Origin: a virus
Lineage: Duplodnaviria > Caudoviricetes
Length of the DNA stretch: 64,000 nucleotides
Strand: one strand, 5' to 3'
Virus record (IMG/VR): IMGVR_UViG_2974628631_000001
Span: 1 to 64,000 of that record
The translations under genes and the position numbers were made by a program. This document shows, one piece after another, positions 47,706 to 56,905 of the stretch (position 1 is its first letter; every line of letters starts with the position of its first letter). A model generated the notes under the pieces. That model was not told where the DNA came from, searched no databases, and saw only the letters and a list, made by a program, of their open reading frames with translations.

Positions 47706-50700
47706 TTGGCATATACAGAACTACACCTTCATGATTACTACAGTACGCTGGATGGTCTGAATTCCCCGGCGGAATACATGGAGCGAGCAAAGGAATTGGG
47801 AATGACCCACCTTGCTCAGACTAACCACGGAAGTCTTATCGGACACCGTGAATTTCAGAAGGCTGCATCTGCGGCGGGTATCGTTCCAATCCTTGGCGTT
47901 GAGGCTTACATTTCGCCTACCGACCGTTTCGACCGTCGTGCAAAGAACAAGCGTTCTGATGGAACGAACGTTTACAATCACCTCATCATCCTTGCCCAGG
48001 GTGAGACTGGTCTTAAGACTCTGAATACTCTGAATGAGATTGCATGGACTGAGGGTTTCTACAATAAGCCCCGTATTGATATGGAGGTCCTTGAAGAGCA
48101 CAATGAAGGTCTGATTGTCCTTTCGGGATGTCTGAATTCAATGCTGTGCAAGGCTCTCGATGCAGGCAACTACGATGAGGCCGAACGTATCGCCCTTGAA
48201 TTTAAGCGGATTCTTGGTGACCGATTCTACATTGAGGTCCAGGGTCACAATCCTCTGGAAATCAATCAGGGTCTCTTTAAGATTGCTGACGACAATGGCA
48301 TTCCGCCTGTCGTCACTTCCGACTGCCATTATGCACGTAAGGAAGACCTCTGGATTGAAGAGGCTATGCTGATTATCTCTTCCAAGCCTAAGTTTGGTAA
48401 GGAATTCGACTTCAGCAAGTCTCAGAAGATGGACCTTCTTGAGCGATACAATTATTTGTACCCTGACCGAATGATGTCCTTTGAAGAGATTGAGATTTAT
48501 CTTCACTCTGCTGAAGAGCATCGGGCAGCATTTAAGAAGCAGGGATTCGACCGAGAAGACATCGTAAAGAACACTGAGGTCATCTCTCAGCGTATTGGTG
48601 ACTATCCTTTCTATCAGGGACTCGACCTTCTTCCACGTCCTAAGAACGGAAATCCGGATGACCTTCTGGAAAAGAAGGCACGTTCTGGACTTCGTAATCG
48701 TGGTCTGGACAAGAATCCGGAATACGTAGCCCGACTTGAAGAAGAGCTGGATATCATCAAGTCTAAGGATTTCTCTACCTACTTCCTCATTGTTGCTAAC
48801 ATGATTAAGTGGGCAAAGGACCAGGGTATTTTTGTTGGTCCTGGTCGTGGTTCCGGGGCGGGTTCTCTGGTAAACTACTCGCTTGGCATTACGGAAGTAG
48901 ACCCTATCAAGTATGGTCTGCTGTTCTTCCGATTCATTAACCCTGAGCGTAATGACTTTCCTGACATCGATACAGACTTTGAAGACCGTAGGCGTAACGA
49001 AATCAAGGACTACCTGACCCGAAAGTTCCACCACGTTGCATCTATTGCAACTGTTGGTTACTTCAAGAATAAGGGTGTCATTCGACGCGTCGCTGGTCTT
49101 TTCCGTATTGACCAGAAGGAAACCGACAAGGCTCTTGAGACGATTGAGACCTTTGAGGAATATCAAACCTCTAGTGCCACTGAGGAATATCGTAAGAAGT
49201 ACCCTGAGGTTGAGAAGGTCGCTCTGGAATTGCGTGGTCGCATCAGTAATACTGGTATGCACGCGGCGGGTATCGTTATTTCCAAGGAGCCTATCGCAAA
49301 GTATGCTGCCATGGAGACGGCTGCTGACCCGAAGGACAAGACAGCTCCCCGTAGGTCTCTTGTCGCCATGGACATGGAAGAGGCTGCTGACCTTGGTCTC
49401 ATCAAGGTTGACGCACTTGGCCTTAAGACGCTCTCTGTAATTGGAGATGCACTTAAGGTTATTAAGGAAAGGCACAATCGAGACATCATCCTGACCGATA
49501 TTCCTCTTGAGGATAAGAAGGTCTATGAGATGATTTCTAAGGGTTACACAAAGGGTGTGTTTCAGTGTGAAGCAACTCCATATACTGGTCTTATCCTGAA
49601 CATGGGCGGTATTCACTCATTTGCTGAGCTTGCAGCGTCCAACGCTCTTGTTCGTCCGGGTGCTATGAATACCATTGGTGCTGAGTACATCGCTCGTAAG
49701 AATGGTGAAACTCCAGTAACCTATGTTCATGAATTGATGAAGCCATTCACTGAAGACACGTATGGTGAGGTTCTTTATCAGGAGCAGGTCATGCTTGCGA
49801 TGACTGAATTGGCCGGGATGTCTATGGCTACCGCTGATAAGGTCCGTAAGATTATTGGTAAGAAGAAGGATGCCAGTGAATTCGATGCTTACAAGGCTGA
49901 ATTCATCAACGGTGCTTCACAACACATTTCAAAGGCTGTGGCTGAAAAGCTATGGCATGACTTTGAGGCGCACGCGGGTTATTCCTTCAACAAGTCTCAC
50001 GCTGTTGCATACTCTATGCTCTCCTACTGGACTGCATGGTTGAAGTACTACTATCCTGTCGAGTTCGTTTATGCTATGCTGAAGAACGAGAACGATAAGG
50101 ACGCTCGAACCACTTATCTGATTGAGGCTAAGCGAATGGGTGTGAAGGTTAAGCTCCCTCACATCAATCATTCACAGCTTGACTTCAGTATTGAGGACGA
50201 TGCGATTCGATTTGGTCTGGCAAACATCAAGTTCATTTCCGATAACCTTGGAAAGAAGTTGATTGATGCTCGTCCGTTCGAGAACTACGCCGCTCTTGAA
50301 GAAGAAGTCAAGAAGCCGAAGAATGGATTGAGTGTCAGAGTCCTACAGTCGCTTAATGCGATTGGTGGTGCTACATTCCCGGACAATCCGAAGCGTGGAG
50401 ATGAGCGACACTATTTTTACGAGTACCTTCAGATTCCAGCGTTTGAGATTCCCGATATGCCTGCTGGTGTGCGTGCACAGTTTACCGACCTAGCAGACTT
50501 CCACGAATCTGGCAATCACGTTGTTATGGGAATGGTCAAGGAGGTCAAGCGAGGAAAGGGTTGGTCTCGAATTGAAATTGTTGACGAGACTGGCGAGGCT
50601 TCGTTCTTTCACAAGGAAGACACGCTAATTCAGCCTGGTAACATGTACGTTATGCTCATCGCTAACAAGCGATTGGCTAGGTATGTAGAGGCTGTAGATT

Positions 50701-50996
50701 TTGTGCGGGAATCCAGCAACACCTTTGTGCGCTATATGTACACAAAGAGGTTTGCAGCACTTACAGAAGGCTTCTACTATGTAGTTTCCAATCAGAGTCG
50801 TAAGACAAAGGCTGGAAAGAACATGGCAGACCTGGTACTTGCGGATGAGGAGAAGAACCTGTATTCTGTACTAGTGTTCCCTCAGATGTTCCACAAGGCT
50901 TATGGCTTCTGCAAGGAGGGTTCCATTATTGAGGCGACTCTGAAGCAGACACAGGATGGTGACACCCTGTTCTTGGACGAGGTTATCCCTCGCTAA
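47706..50996 (+). CDS. dnaE: DNA polymerase III alpha subunit
   Basis: PHP HLHDYYSTLDG, GPGRGSGAGS, PDIDTD, HAAG, YSFNKSH. Confidence 0.95.
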   Translation: MAYTELHLHDYYSTLDGLNSPAEYMERAKELGMTHLAQTNHGSLIGHREFQKAASAAGIVPILGVEAYISPTDRFDRRAKNKRSDGTNVYNHLIILAQGETGLKTLNTLNEIAWTEGFYNKPRIDMEVLEEHNEGLIVLSGCLNSMLCKALDAGNYDEAERIALEFKRILGDRFYIEVQGHNPLEINQGLFKIADDNGIPPVVTSDCHYARKEDLWIEEAMLIISSKPKFGKEFDFSKSQKMDLLERYNYLYPDRMMSFEEIEIYLHSAEEHRAAFKKQGFDREDIVKNTEVISQRIGDYPFYQGLDLLPRPKNGNPDDLLEKKARSGLRNRGLDKNPEYVARLEEELDIIKSKDFSTYFLIVANMIKWAKDQGIFVGPGRGSGAGSLVNYSLGITEVDPIKYGLLFFRFINPERNDFPDIDTDFEDRRRNEIKDYLTRKFHHVASIATVGYFKNKGVIRRVAGLFRIDQKETDKALETIETFEEYQTSSATEEYRKKYPEVEKVALELRGRISNTGMHAAGIVISKEPIAKYAAMETAADPKDKTAPRRSLVAMDMEEAADLGLIKVDALGLKTLSVIGDALKVIKERHNRDIILTDIPLEDKKVYEMISKGYTKGVFQCEATPYTGLILNMGGIHSFAELAASNALVRPGAMNTIGAEYIARKNGETPVTYVHELMKPFTEDTYGEVLYQEQVMLAMTELAGMSMATADKVRKIIGKKKDASEFDAYKAEFINGASQHISKAVAEKLWHDFEAHAGYSFNKSHAVAYSMLSYWTAWLKYYYPVEFVYAMLKNENDKDARTTYLIEAKRMGVKVKLPHINHSQLDFSIEDDAIRFGLANIKFISDNLGKKLIDARPFENYAALEEEVKKPKNGLSVRVLQSLNAIGGATFPDNPKRGDERHYFYEYLQIPAFEIPDMPAGVRAQFTDLADFHESGNHVVMGMVKEVKRGKGWSRIEIVDETGEASFFHKEDTLIQPGNMYVMLIANKRLARYVEAVDFVRESSNTFVRYMYTKRFAALTEGFYYVVSNQSRKTKAGKNMADLVLADEEKNLYSVLVFPQMFHKAYGFCKEGSIIEATLKQTQDGDTLFLDEVIPR

Positions 50997-51044
50997 TATG
51001 CCTGCCCCTTCGGGGGCGGCAAGCTTATCCTTAAGGAGGAAACA

Positions 51045-51233
51045 TTGGCTGAAGAGCCTACACAGATTGACCTTGGTCCTTTTCTCGCGGCAATCGTTGA
51101 ATTGTCTGGTGGAGAAGTGAAAATTCCTTATGATGTATTCAGGAATCAGGCAGGAACTAAGGCATTGGCAATTGATATTGAGGACGATGGTGCCACTCTC
51201 GTTCTCCGAGTAGTAGATGGGATTCCAGAGTGA
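51045..51233 (+). CDS. Hypothetical protein
   Basis: AAGGAGG SD. Confidence 0.7.
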   Translation: MAEEPTQIDLGPFLAAIVELSGGEVKIPYDVFRNQAGTKALAIDIEDDGATLVLRVVDGIPE

Positions 51234-51667
51234 TTGTTGAATTCAAGAAGTTGGATGAAAATGCAGCGGCTCCAGTTTTCATGAGGCCAGGAGATGCGGG
51301 TGCAGATATTTGTACCACGCAGGAATTTACTCTAGCCTCTGGTGAGCGCAAGATGGTTCACACGGGGGTGGCGATTGCTGTTCCTGACGGATATGCCGCA
51401 CTTGTTCATCCTCGCTCTAGTCTTGCAGCAATGCATGGAATTTCCATTGTAAATGCTCCAGGAACAATTGATGCGGGATATCGTGGTGAGGTTTGTGTAC
51501 TGCTTATCAACCACGGAGATGAGCCTGTAGAATTTGTTTCAGGTCAGAGGATTGCTCAGCTAGTCTTTCAGCGTGTAGAGCAGCCACAGTTCGTTTATGT
51601 TCGAGAGTTTACCGATGGTAAGACAGAACGAGGAACTGGCGGGTTTGGCTCGACTGGCAAGAGCTAA
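51230..51667 (+). CDS. dut: dUTPase
   Basis: AGAD, PRSSL, GTIDAGYRGE, RIAQL, RGTGGFGSTG. Confidence 0.95.
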   Translation: MIVEFKKLDENAAAPVFMRPGDAGADICTTQEFTLASGERKMVHTGVAIAVPDGYAALVHPRSSLAAMHGISIVNAPGTIDAGYRGEVCVLLINHGDEPVEFVSGQRIAQLVFQRVEQPQFVYVREFTDGKTERGTGGFGSTGKS

Positions 51668-51685
51668 CTGTAGTATAATGGTGAT

Positions 51686-51874
51686 ATGAGTACAAGCGGC
51701 TACTTCCTCCGGGGAATTTCTGAAGATAACATTCTCGTGTTTCGAAGCGAGGACCCGGAGGAATTGTTGCGCATCATTCAGCGGCTTTGTGCCAGCCGCG
51801 ATAAGCAAATTAGAGCACTAGCAAAGCAACTAGAACTTGACTGGTACAGTCGAAATAACAATAAGGATAATTAA
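51686..51874 (+). CDS. Hypothetical protein
   Basis: Leaderless ATG 6 nt after TATAAT. Confidence 0.7.
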   Translation: MSTSGYFLRGISEDNILVFRSEDPEELLRIIQRLCASRDKQIRALAKQLELDWYSRNNNKDN

Positions 51875-51879
51875 AAGTA

Positions 51880-52902
51880 GTGGCATTTGAAGACTTCATG
51901 TCTAGGCTAGACCCTAAGACAGCTAAGAGACTTAAGACTGCTCAAGAAATTGAGCTGGTAAAGTTTCCTCTGGCTAGCTCTGGACTCACACATGCACTTG
52001 GTGGCGGAGTTGGAGCGGGGCGAATTACCCTCTGCTATGGAAATACAAGTTCCGGAAAGTCCGTTCTCATGATGCAGACGATTGGTCTGCTTCAGAAGAT
52101 GGGCCTTGTGTGTGCTTGGGTAGATGTTGAGGGTACATATGAAAAGAGTTTCGGTGCCAAACTAGGCATCAACAACGATGAACTTATTCTGATTCAGAAG
52201 AAGTCATTCGGTGGCATCACAGATGAAATCATGCCGCTAATTCGGGCGGGTATTGATTTCTTGGTCATTGACTCAATCAGTGATGCTCTCCCAGAGGTCT
52301 TTGTAGACAAGGACGGGGAAGCAGTAGAGTTTGATAAGATGAAGCAGCTTGGTGCACACGCCAAGTCTTGTACAATGATGGTTAACGCTATTCATTATGA
52401 GAATGAAAAGACTGCTGTTGTTCTTATCTCTCAGACTACAACAAAGATTGAGCAGACCTATGTAAAGCAGGTTCCTCACGGAGGCCAGAAGGTCCCGTTT
52501 GCGTCATCCCAGATTATCAAGTTGACCAGTTCAAATACAGAAGGTCAGCAAATCATGGGTAACTCCTACGTGGGAGACCTTATCATTGAGGCTCCAATTG
52601 GCCGTAAGGTTGAGTATTACGTAGAGAAGAACAAGTTGGGTCCACAGTCCCGAAAGGGCAAGTACGACTTGTATTACGATGGAGATTTCGTAGGCATTGA
52701 CGCAATTGGTGAGGTTGTCGATACAGCAGAAGCGTTTGGCATTGTCACCAAGAAGGGCGCATGGTACACTGTTGAGGAGAAGCAGATTCAGGGCAGGCCC
52801 AAGGTGGTTGCCACTCTTCGTGAGGATGATGTGCTTCTGAAGACTCTCAAGGAGAAGGTGAATACCGTCCTAACGGGCGAACTACCTGATGACGAAGTTT
52901 AG
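51880..52902 (+). CDS. recA: RecA-like recombinase
   Basis: YGNTSSGKS, WVDVE, VIDSI, KNKLGP, KGAWY. Confidence 0.9.
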   Translation: MAFEDFMSRLDPKTAKRLKTAQEIELVKFPLASSGLTHALGGGVGAGRITLCYGNTSSGKSVLMMQTIGLLQKMGLVCAWVDVEGTYEKSFGAKLGINNDELILIQKKSFGGITDEIMPLIRAGIDFLVIDSISDALPEVFVDKDGEAVEFDKMKQLGAHAKSCTMMVNAIHYENEKTAVVLISQTTTKIEQTYVKQVPHGGQKVPFASSQIIKLTSSNTEGQQIMGNSYVGDLIIEAPIGRKVEYYVEKNKLGPQSRKGKYDLYYDGDFVGIDAIGEVVDTAEAFGIVTKKGAWYTVEEKQIQGRPKVVATLREDDVLLKTLKEKVNTVLTGELPDDEV

Positions 52903-53083
52903 TGATTTCGTCGCAAAGACTCAGGAGGCTGAGACACCCAAGGGTCTAGAAATTTCTGGTGCCTTTGGGTGTCAAGTCTGCCACGAGCAGTGTGACGATG
53001 CCGAGTATTTTCCAGTGGAAAAGATTTTGAAGTGGAAGTGTTCGGAGGGACACATTTCCTATGTTGAGGAATTTGTTCTCTGA
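52889..53083 (+). CDS. Small zinc-binding protein
   Basis: CQVC...CSEGH. Confidence 0.7.
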   Translation: MTKFSDFVAKTQEAETPKGLEISGAFGCQVCHEQCDDAEYFPVEKILKWKCSEGHISYVEEFVL

Positions 53084-53207
53084 GATTACAGAGAACGTAA
53101 GTCTATTTCTCGGCGGTATGCTTTTGGGGGTAGCTTTGGGAATCATTGCTACCCTCATTGGCGTTTCTGCCTATATGAATAAGGAGGATAATGAGCGAGG
53201 CGGATGA
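53061..53207 (+). CDS. Small membrane protein (48 aa)
   Basis: Read manually; one TM segment, SD GGAGGG. Confidence 0.55.
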   Translation: MLRNLFSEITENVSLFLGGMLLGVALGIIATLIGVSAYMNKEDNERGG

Positions 53208-53517
53208 AATCAAGCGTGATGGTGCTACGCCCGTAAAGAATTCCGGTAGGTCCAAGGGAACGAATAAGGGTGATGCCATCCTTGAGCCGTTTCTGGTAGA
53301 CTACAAGGAGTACAACAAGACGTTTGGTGTCAGTAAGGAATTCTGGGCTAAGATTTCCACTGACGCGATTAACAATGGTCGTCGTCAGCCTGCTCTTAAG
53401 CTGGTAATTCGAGACAGTGATGACCCTGAATCAAGAACTCCCAAGACTCGCCTTTGGGTTATTGGAGATGCCATGTTTCACGAAATGCTTGAGGCTTGGA
53501 AGGAAAAGTATGAGTAG
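53191..53517 (+). CDS. PD-(D/E)xK nuclease, Holliday-junction-resolvase-like
   Basis: NSG...KGDA...LVDYK. Confidence 0.7.
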   Translation: MSEADEIKRDGATPVKNSGRSKGTNKGDAILEPFLVDYKEYNKTFGVSKEFWAKISTDAINNGRRQPALKLVIRDSDDPESRTPKTRLWVIGDAMFHEMLEAWKEKYE

Positions 53518-53884
53518 ATTCTTTGTACTTCCTGAGGATGGTATTGGGCCGGGTGGTCAGATTTATTTCCGCAAGCATAAGGGAAATGACCGATGGTACA
53601 ATCTCTTTTTGGATGACAAGAAGGTTGGCATGATTATGAAGGACCCTGTCTGGAATAACTGGAATGCCATTTCATATTGTGATGACAGCAGGTGGTTTGC
53701 AGTTCGAACCATGGATGGATTTTCACGTCGGATGGCAGCAGCAGAATTCATTATCAAGCACTGGGGCTATTGGCTCAGTGATGAACGAGAGAACATCAAG
53801 AGCGAAATCCGGGCGGAAAAGTTCATCACCAAGTTCCGAATGAATAAGACTCTCGAAATTATGAAGGGGCATAGAAAGATTTGA
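53510..53884 (+). CDS. Hypothetical protein
   Basis: ORF coupled to both neighbours. Confidence 0.65.
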   Translation: MSRFFVLPEDGIGPGGQIYFRKHKGNDRWYNLFLDDKKVGMIMKDPVWNNWNAISYCDDSRWFAVRTMDGFSRRMAAAEFIIKHWGYWLSDERENIKSEIRAEKFITKFRMNKTLEIMKGHRKI

Positions 53885-54282
53885 AGTATAAGAGTAGACA
53901 GGTAGACATTGATGCAATTCAGTTTACTGGCGAAAACTGGAATGAAGTGGAACAGTTCGCTGGTACTCATTGGATTGACATCGATGTTTATATGACAAAC
54001 TTCCTTCCCGCAGAAGAGATGTGGGTGGATATTCCTGAAGGTGTCGTAGCAATTGTTTGGGTGACCGAAGATAAGCTATGGGCACCAGTGCGAGTGGGTG
54101 ACTACATCGTCAAGCGCTCTGAAGACAATGTGTATCCTTCACGGCAGTCCTACTTTGAAGAAAAGTACGAGCCTGCCGAAATGAAGGTGGAGGTAAATCT
54201 TCAGGGTGGTGTTGTAACTGCTGAGCAAATTAACAGGGCGGTTGGACACAGGATTCAGCAGAGTAGGAGGTTCAGGGGTTGA
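53881..54282 (+). CDS. Hypothetical phage protein
   Basis: IDAIQFTG.N, GDYIVK, YP....FEEKYE. Confidence 0.75.
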   Translation: MKYKSRQVDIDAIQFTGENWNEVEQFAGTHWIDIDVYMTNFLPAEEMWVDIPEGVVAIVWVTEDKLWAPVRVGDYIVKRSEDNVYPSRQSYFEEKYEPAEMKVEVNLQGGVVTAEQINRAVGHRIQQSRRFRG

Positions 54283-54608
54283 ACGATGAGAACCCTCTAG
54301 AGACAGTCTCTACAATTACTGAATTCAATGACCTCACTGAATTCATGCAGGACCCTCAGCTAGACAGGGCATTGGATTTGGCAATTAAGTGTATTGCCAA
54401 TCCAGAGATTGCAGCGACCAAGGCTCCGAAGTTGATTGTGGAGCTTCAGGCTATCTCATTCAAATTTGCAGTAAAGGCTGTAGAGTATGCGACCATTAAG
54501 AAAGACCGGGCGGGTACTGAAAACAATCATCGAAAGAATGTTTACTACAGCACAAAGGAAGCACTAGACCGTTTGGTAGACGCTCTAAAGTACGCAGCTA
54601 GAGCATAA
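54279..54608 (+). CDS. Hypothetical protein
   Basis: Helical 109 aa, ending LVDALKY. Confidence 0.75.
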   Translation: MNDENPLETVSTITEFNDLTEFMQDPQLDRALDLAIKCIANPEIAATKAPKLIVELQAISFKFAVKAVEYATIKKDRAGTENNHRKNVYYSTKEALDRLVDALKYAARA

Positions 54609-54669
54609 ACTAGTCAACCAAGAATCTATGTGTTACAATTAATGTACAATAAACGAAACTAAGGATGAG

Positions 54670-55452
54670 ATGGCAAGAGATATTATTCAGGGCCTGAAGT
54701 TTCGTGTCCAGCCCAAGGGTTTCGATGCTAATAAGCTCTCCGAAATCCTTGAGGCTGCGTACATGAAGCAGCGACGACCTGACAAGCACACACAAAAGAA
54801 GACCTTTTCCCCTAGCACTATTGGCTATGGTCATGGAACGTGTCCGCGATATTGGTTCCTCGCATTTACCGGCGGACCTTATGTCGATGTAGTAGACGCT
54901 CTAGGTATTGCCAATATGTCTAATGGAACACAGGCTCATGAGCGCATCGAGAAGTTGTTCGATGACTCTGGTATCCGTCTTGGAAACGAGATTGAGATTA
55001 CAATGACAGACCCGCCCGTGCGCGGGTTTGCTGATGTTGAGATTACGTGGGAAGGAGAAGAGGTCATTGGTGAAATCAAGACTACTCGACAGGAAGCCTT
55101 CCTTGTACGTCAGTCTACAATGAAGCCGAGTGCCAATCACCTTTTCCAGATTCTCATTTATATGCGTGCAAGAAAGCGCAGGATTGGCTTCTTGCTATAC
55201 GAAAATAAGAATTCTCAGGAATTCCTTATCATTCCTATTGAGATGAATGATACCAACTCAGCCATTCTGGACAAGGCTCTGGATTGGATGAGAGAGGTTT
55301 ACAAGTCATACGAAGAGGGTCAGGTTCCTGAGCGTCCCCTGACACGACGTAGTAAGATTTGCAAGAGTTGTCCATTCTATGAATGGTGCTGGAGTGATGA
55401 CTCTCCAGAGGGAATGATTGAAATTCCTGTAATGGAGGTTCCAAAGATTTGA
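54670..55452 (+). CDS. Cas4-like / RecB-family exonuclease
   Basis: CPR, G...HERI, GFAD, EIKT, Q..IY, C..C.....C (Fe-S). Confidence 0.85.
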   Translation: MARDIIQGLKFRVQPKGFDANKLSEILEAAYMKQRRPDKHTQKKTFSPSTIGYGHGTCPRYWFLAFTGGPYVDVVDALGIANMSNGTQAHERIEKLFDDSGIRLGNEIEITMTDPPVRGFADVEITWEGEEVIGEIKTTRQEAFLVRQSTMKPSANHLFQILIYMRARKRRIGFLLYENKNSQEFLIIPIEMNDTNSAILDKALDWMREVYKSYEEGQVPERPLTRRSKICKSCPFYEWCWSDDSPEGMIEIPVMEVPKI

Positions 55453-55733
55453 AAACATGTGCATACGCTGAGTGTGGCCAACAGTTTGAAGCAAAGACGC
55501 ATAATCAGCGATATTGCTCAGATGACTGCTGCCGTAAGGCAACCAACGCTCGGTTGATGGAGCAGTACTACGAAAAGAAGGCCAGAAGGCAGGGCCACAT
55601 TCGTGTATGCAACACTCCCGAATGCAATACTCGTCTCAACAGATACAATGACAGTAATGTATGTGGGAAGTGTGAAGCAGAACAGAAGGCGAAAGCCAGA
55701 ACTGAACTGCTGTTGACCTTTTCAGGAATTTAA
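55449..55733 (+). CDS. Cys-rich zinc-finger protein
   Basis: C....C...F......RYCS..C, second C..C set. Confidence 0.75.
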   Translation: MKTCAYAECGQQFEAKTHNQRYCSDDCCRKATNARLMEQYYEKKARRQGHIRVCNTPECNTRLNRYNDSNVCGKCEAEQKAKARTELLLTFSGI

Positions 55734-55739
55734 TCGCAA

Positions 55740-56327
55740 ATGGCACTAGTAGATTTGAAGAGGACGAAGGCAAGCCGGGTTATGGGCATTGACTGCTCAA
55801 CCCACTCACTTGCCTTTACCATCTTTTACAATAGAAGACCCATTCAGTGGGGAAAGATTACCTTTGAAGGTAACGACGTTTTTGAACGTCTAGAGGATGC
55901 TGCGAATAAATTGCGGGCAGTCAAGGACGAATTTAATGTTGACTACATCGCATTTGAAGCAGCTATTCTTGCCAAGACGAAGAATGCTGACGTAACAATT
56001 AAACTAGCCATGGTGTACGGAGCCTGCATTGCAGAGCTTATGCGTAAGGGCGTGAAGGTTGTTACTGTCAAGCCGCTGTCTTGGCAGTCTTACATTGGCA
56101 ATCCAAACTTCAAGGTAGCTGAAAAGAATGCCTTGAAGGTCGAATATCCCGGAAAGTCTGCATCATGGTACTCGTCTAAGATTCGAGAAATCAGGAAGCA
56201 GAGAACGATGGACTATTTCAATAAGAAGTGGCCCAAAATGGAACTTGAAGACAACGATGTTGGAGATTCCGCAGGGATTGCATATTTCGCATATTACCAA
56301 CTTACTACTCGCGGTTCAATTGAGTAG
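55740..56327 (+). CDS. RuvC-like resolvase
   Basis: MGIDCS, IAFE, DNDVGDS. Confidence 0.85.
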   Translation: MALVDLKRTKASRVMGIDCSTHSLAFTIFYNRRPIQWGKITFEGNDVFERLEDAANKLRAVKDEFNVDYIAFEAAILAKTKNADVTIKLAMVYGACIAELMRKGVKVVTVKPLSWQSYIGNPNFKVAEKNALKVEYPGKSASWYSSKIREIRKQRTMDYFNKKWPKMELEDNDVGDSAGIAYFAYYQLTTRGSIE

Positions 56328-56344
56328 TATGCTATAATGTTTAC

Positions 56345-56905
56345 ATGAGACAAAGTGTAAATATTGATGAACGGTACGGAAAGTGGACGGTGGTTGGATT
56401 CAACCCTGGCCACAGGAACCGTATTCTGGTACGATGCGACTGTGGCACTGAGCAGGCCACCACCACTAATAATCTAGTGGCTGGTAAAACCACTCAGTGC
56501 CGAAGCTGTGGAAGTACAGGCAAGCCTAGTAATGCCAAGAGAAGAATCACGGGTACCCACCTTGCGGCTATGGATAAGTTCTATGACTACAGGAAAAGTG
56601 CCAAGAAGCGTGGACATGAATGGGCATTGACTTTTGAAGAGTTCAAAGAGGTTACCCAATTTGAATGCTTCTATTGCGGATGCCCTCCGTGGAATATTAA
56701 TTCACTTCCTGAAAAGGAATGGGCAGAGGACTTTATCTATAATGGACTGGATAGGGTTGATAATTCTGATGGATACAGGAGGGGAAATGTAGTTGCCTGT
56801 TGTAAGATTTGCAATTACATGAAGAGAGACTTGCCACTAGAAGAATTTGTAATCCATATCTTCTCTATTGCCAAAAAGCTTAGAGAAACAGGAGGTATAA
56901 ATTAA
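56345..56905 (+). CDS. HNH endonuclease
   Basis: RCDCG, CFYCG, GLDRVDN..GY..GNVVACC..CN..K. Confidence 0.85.
   Translation: MRQSVNIDERYGKWTVVGFNPGHRNRILVRCDCGTEQATTTNNLVAGKTTQCRSCGSTGKPSNAKRRITGTHLAAMDKFYDYRKSAKKRGHEWALTFEEFKEVTQFECFYCGCPPWNINSLPEKEWAEDFIYNGLDRVDNSDGYRRGNVVACCKICNYMKRDLPLEEFVIHIFSIAKKLRETGGIN

Noticed and set aside
48138-49616. 492-aa antisense ORF within dnaE, and other long antisense ORFs
   Set aside because: Shadow of sense-strand codon bias (few TTA/CTA/TCA in that register); no motifs or SD
54670-55452. CRISPR-Cas locus suggested by the Cas4-like gene
   Set aside because: No repeat-spacer array or other cas genes in the window
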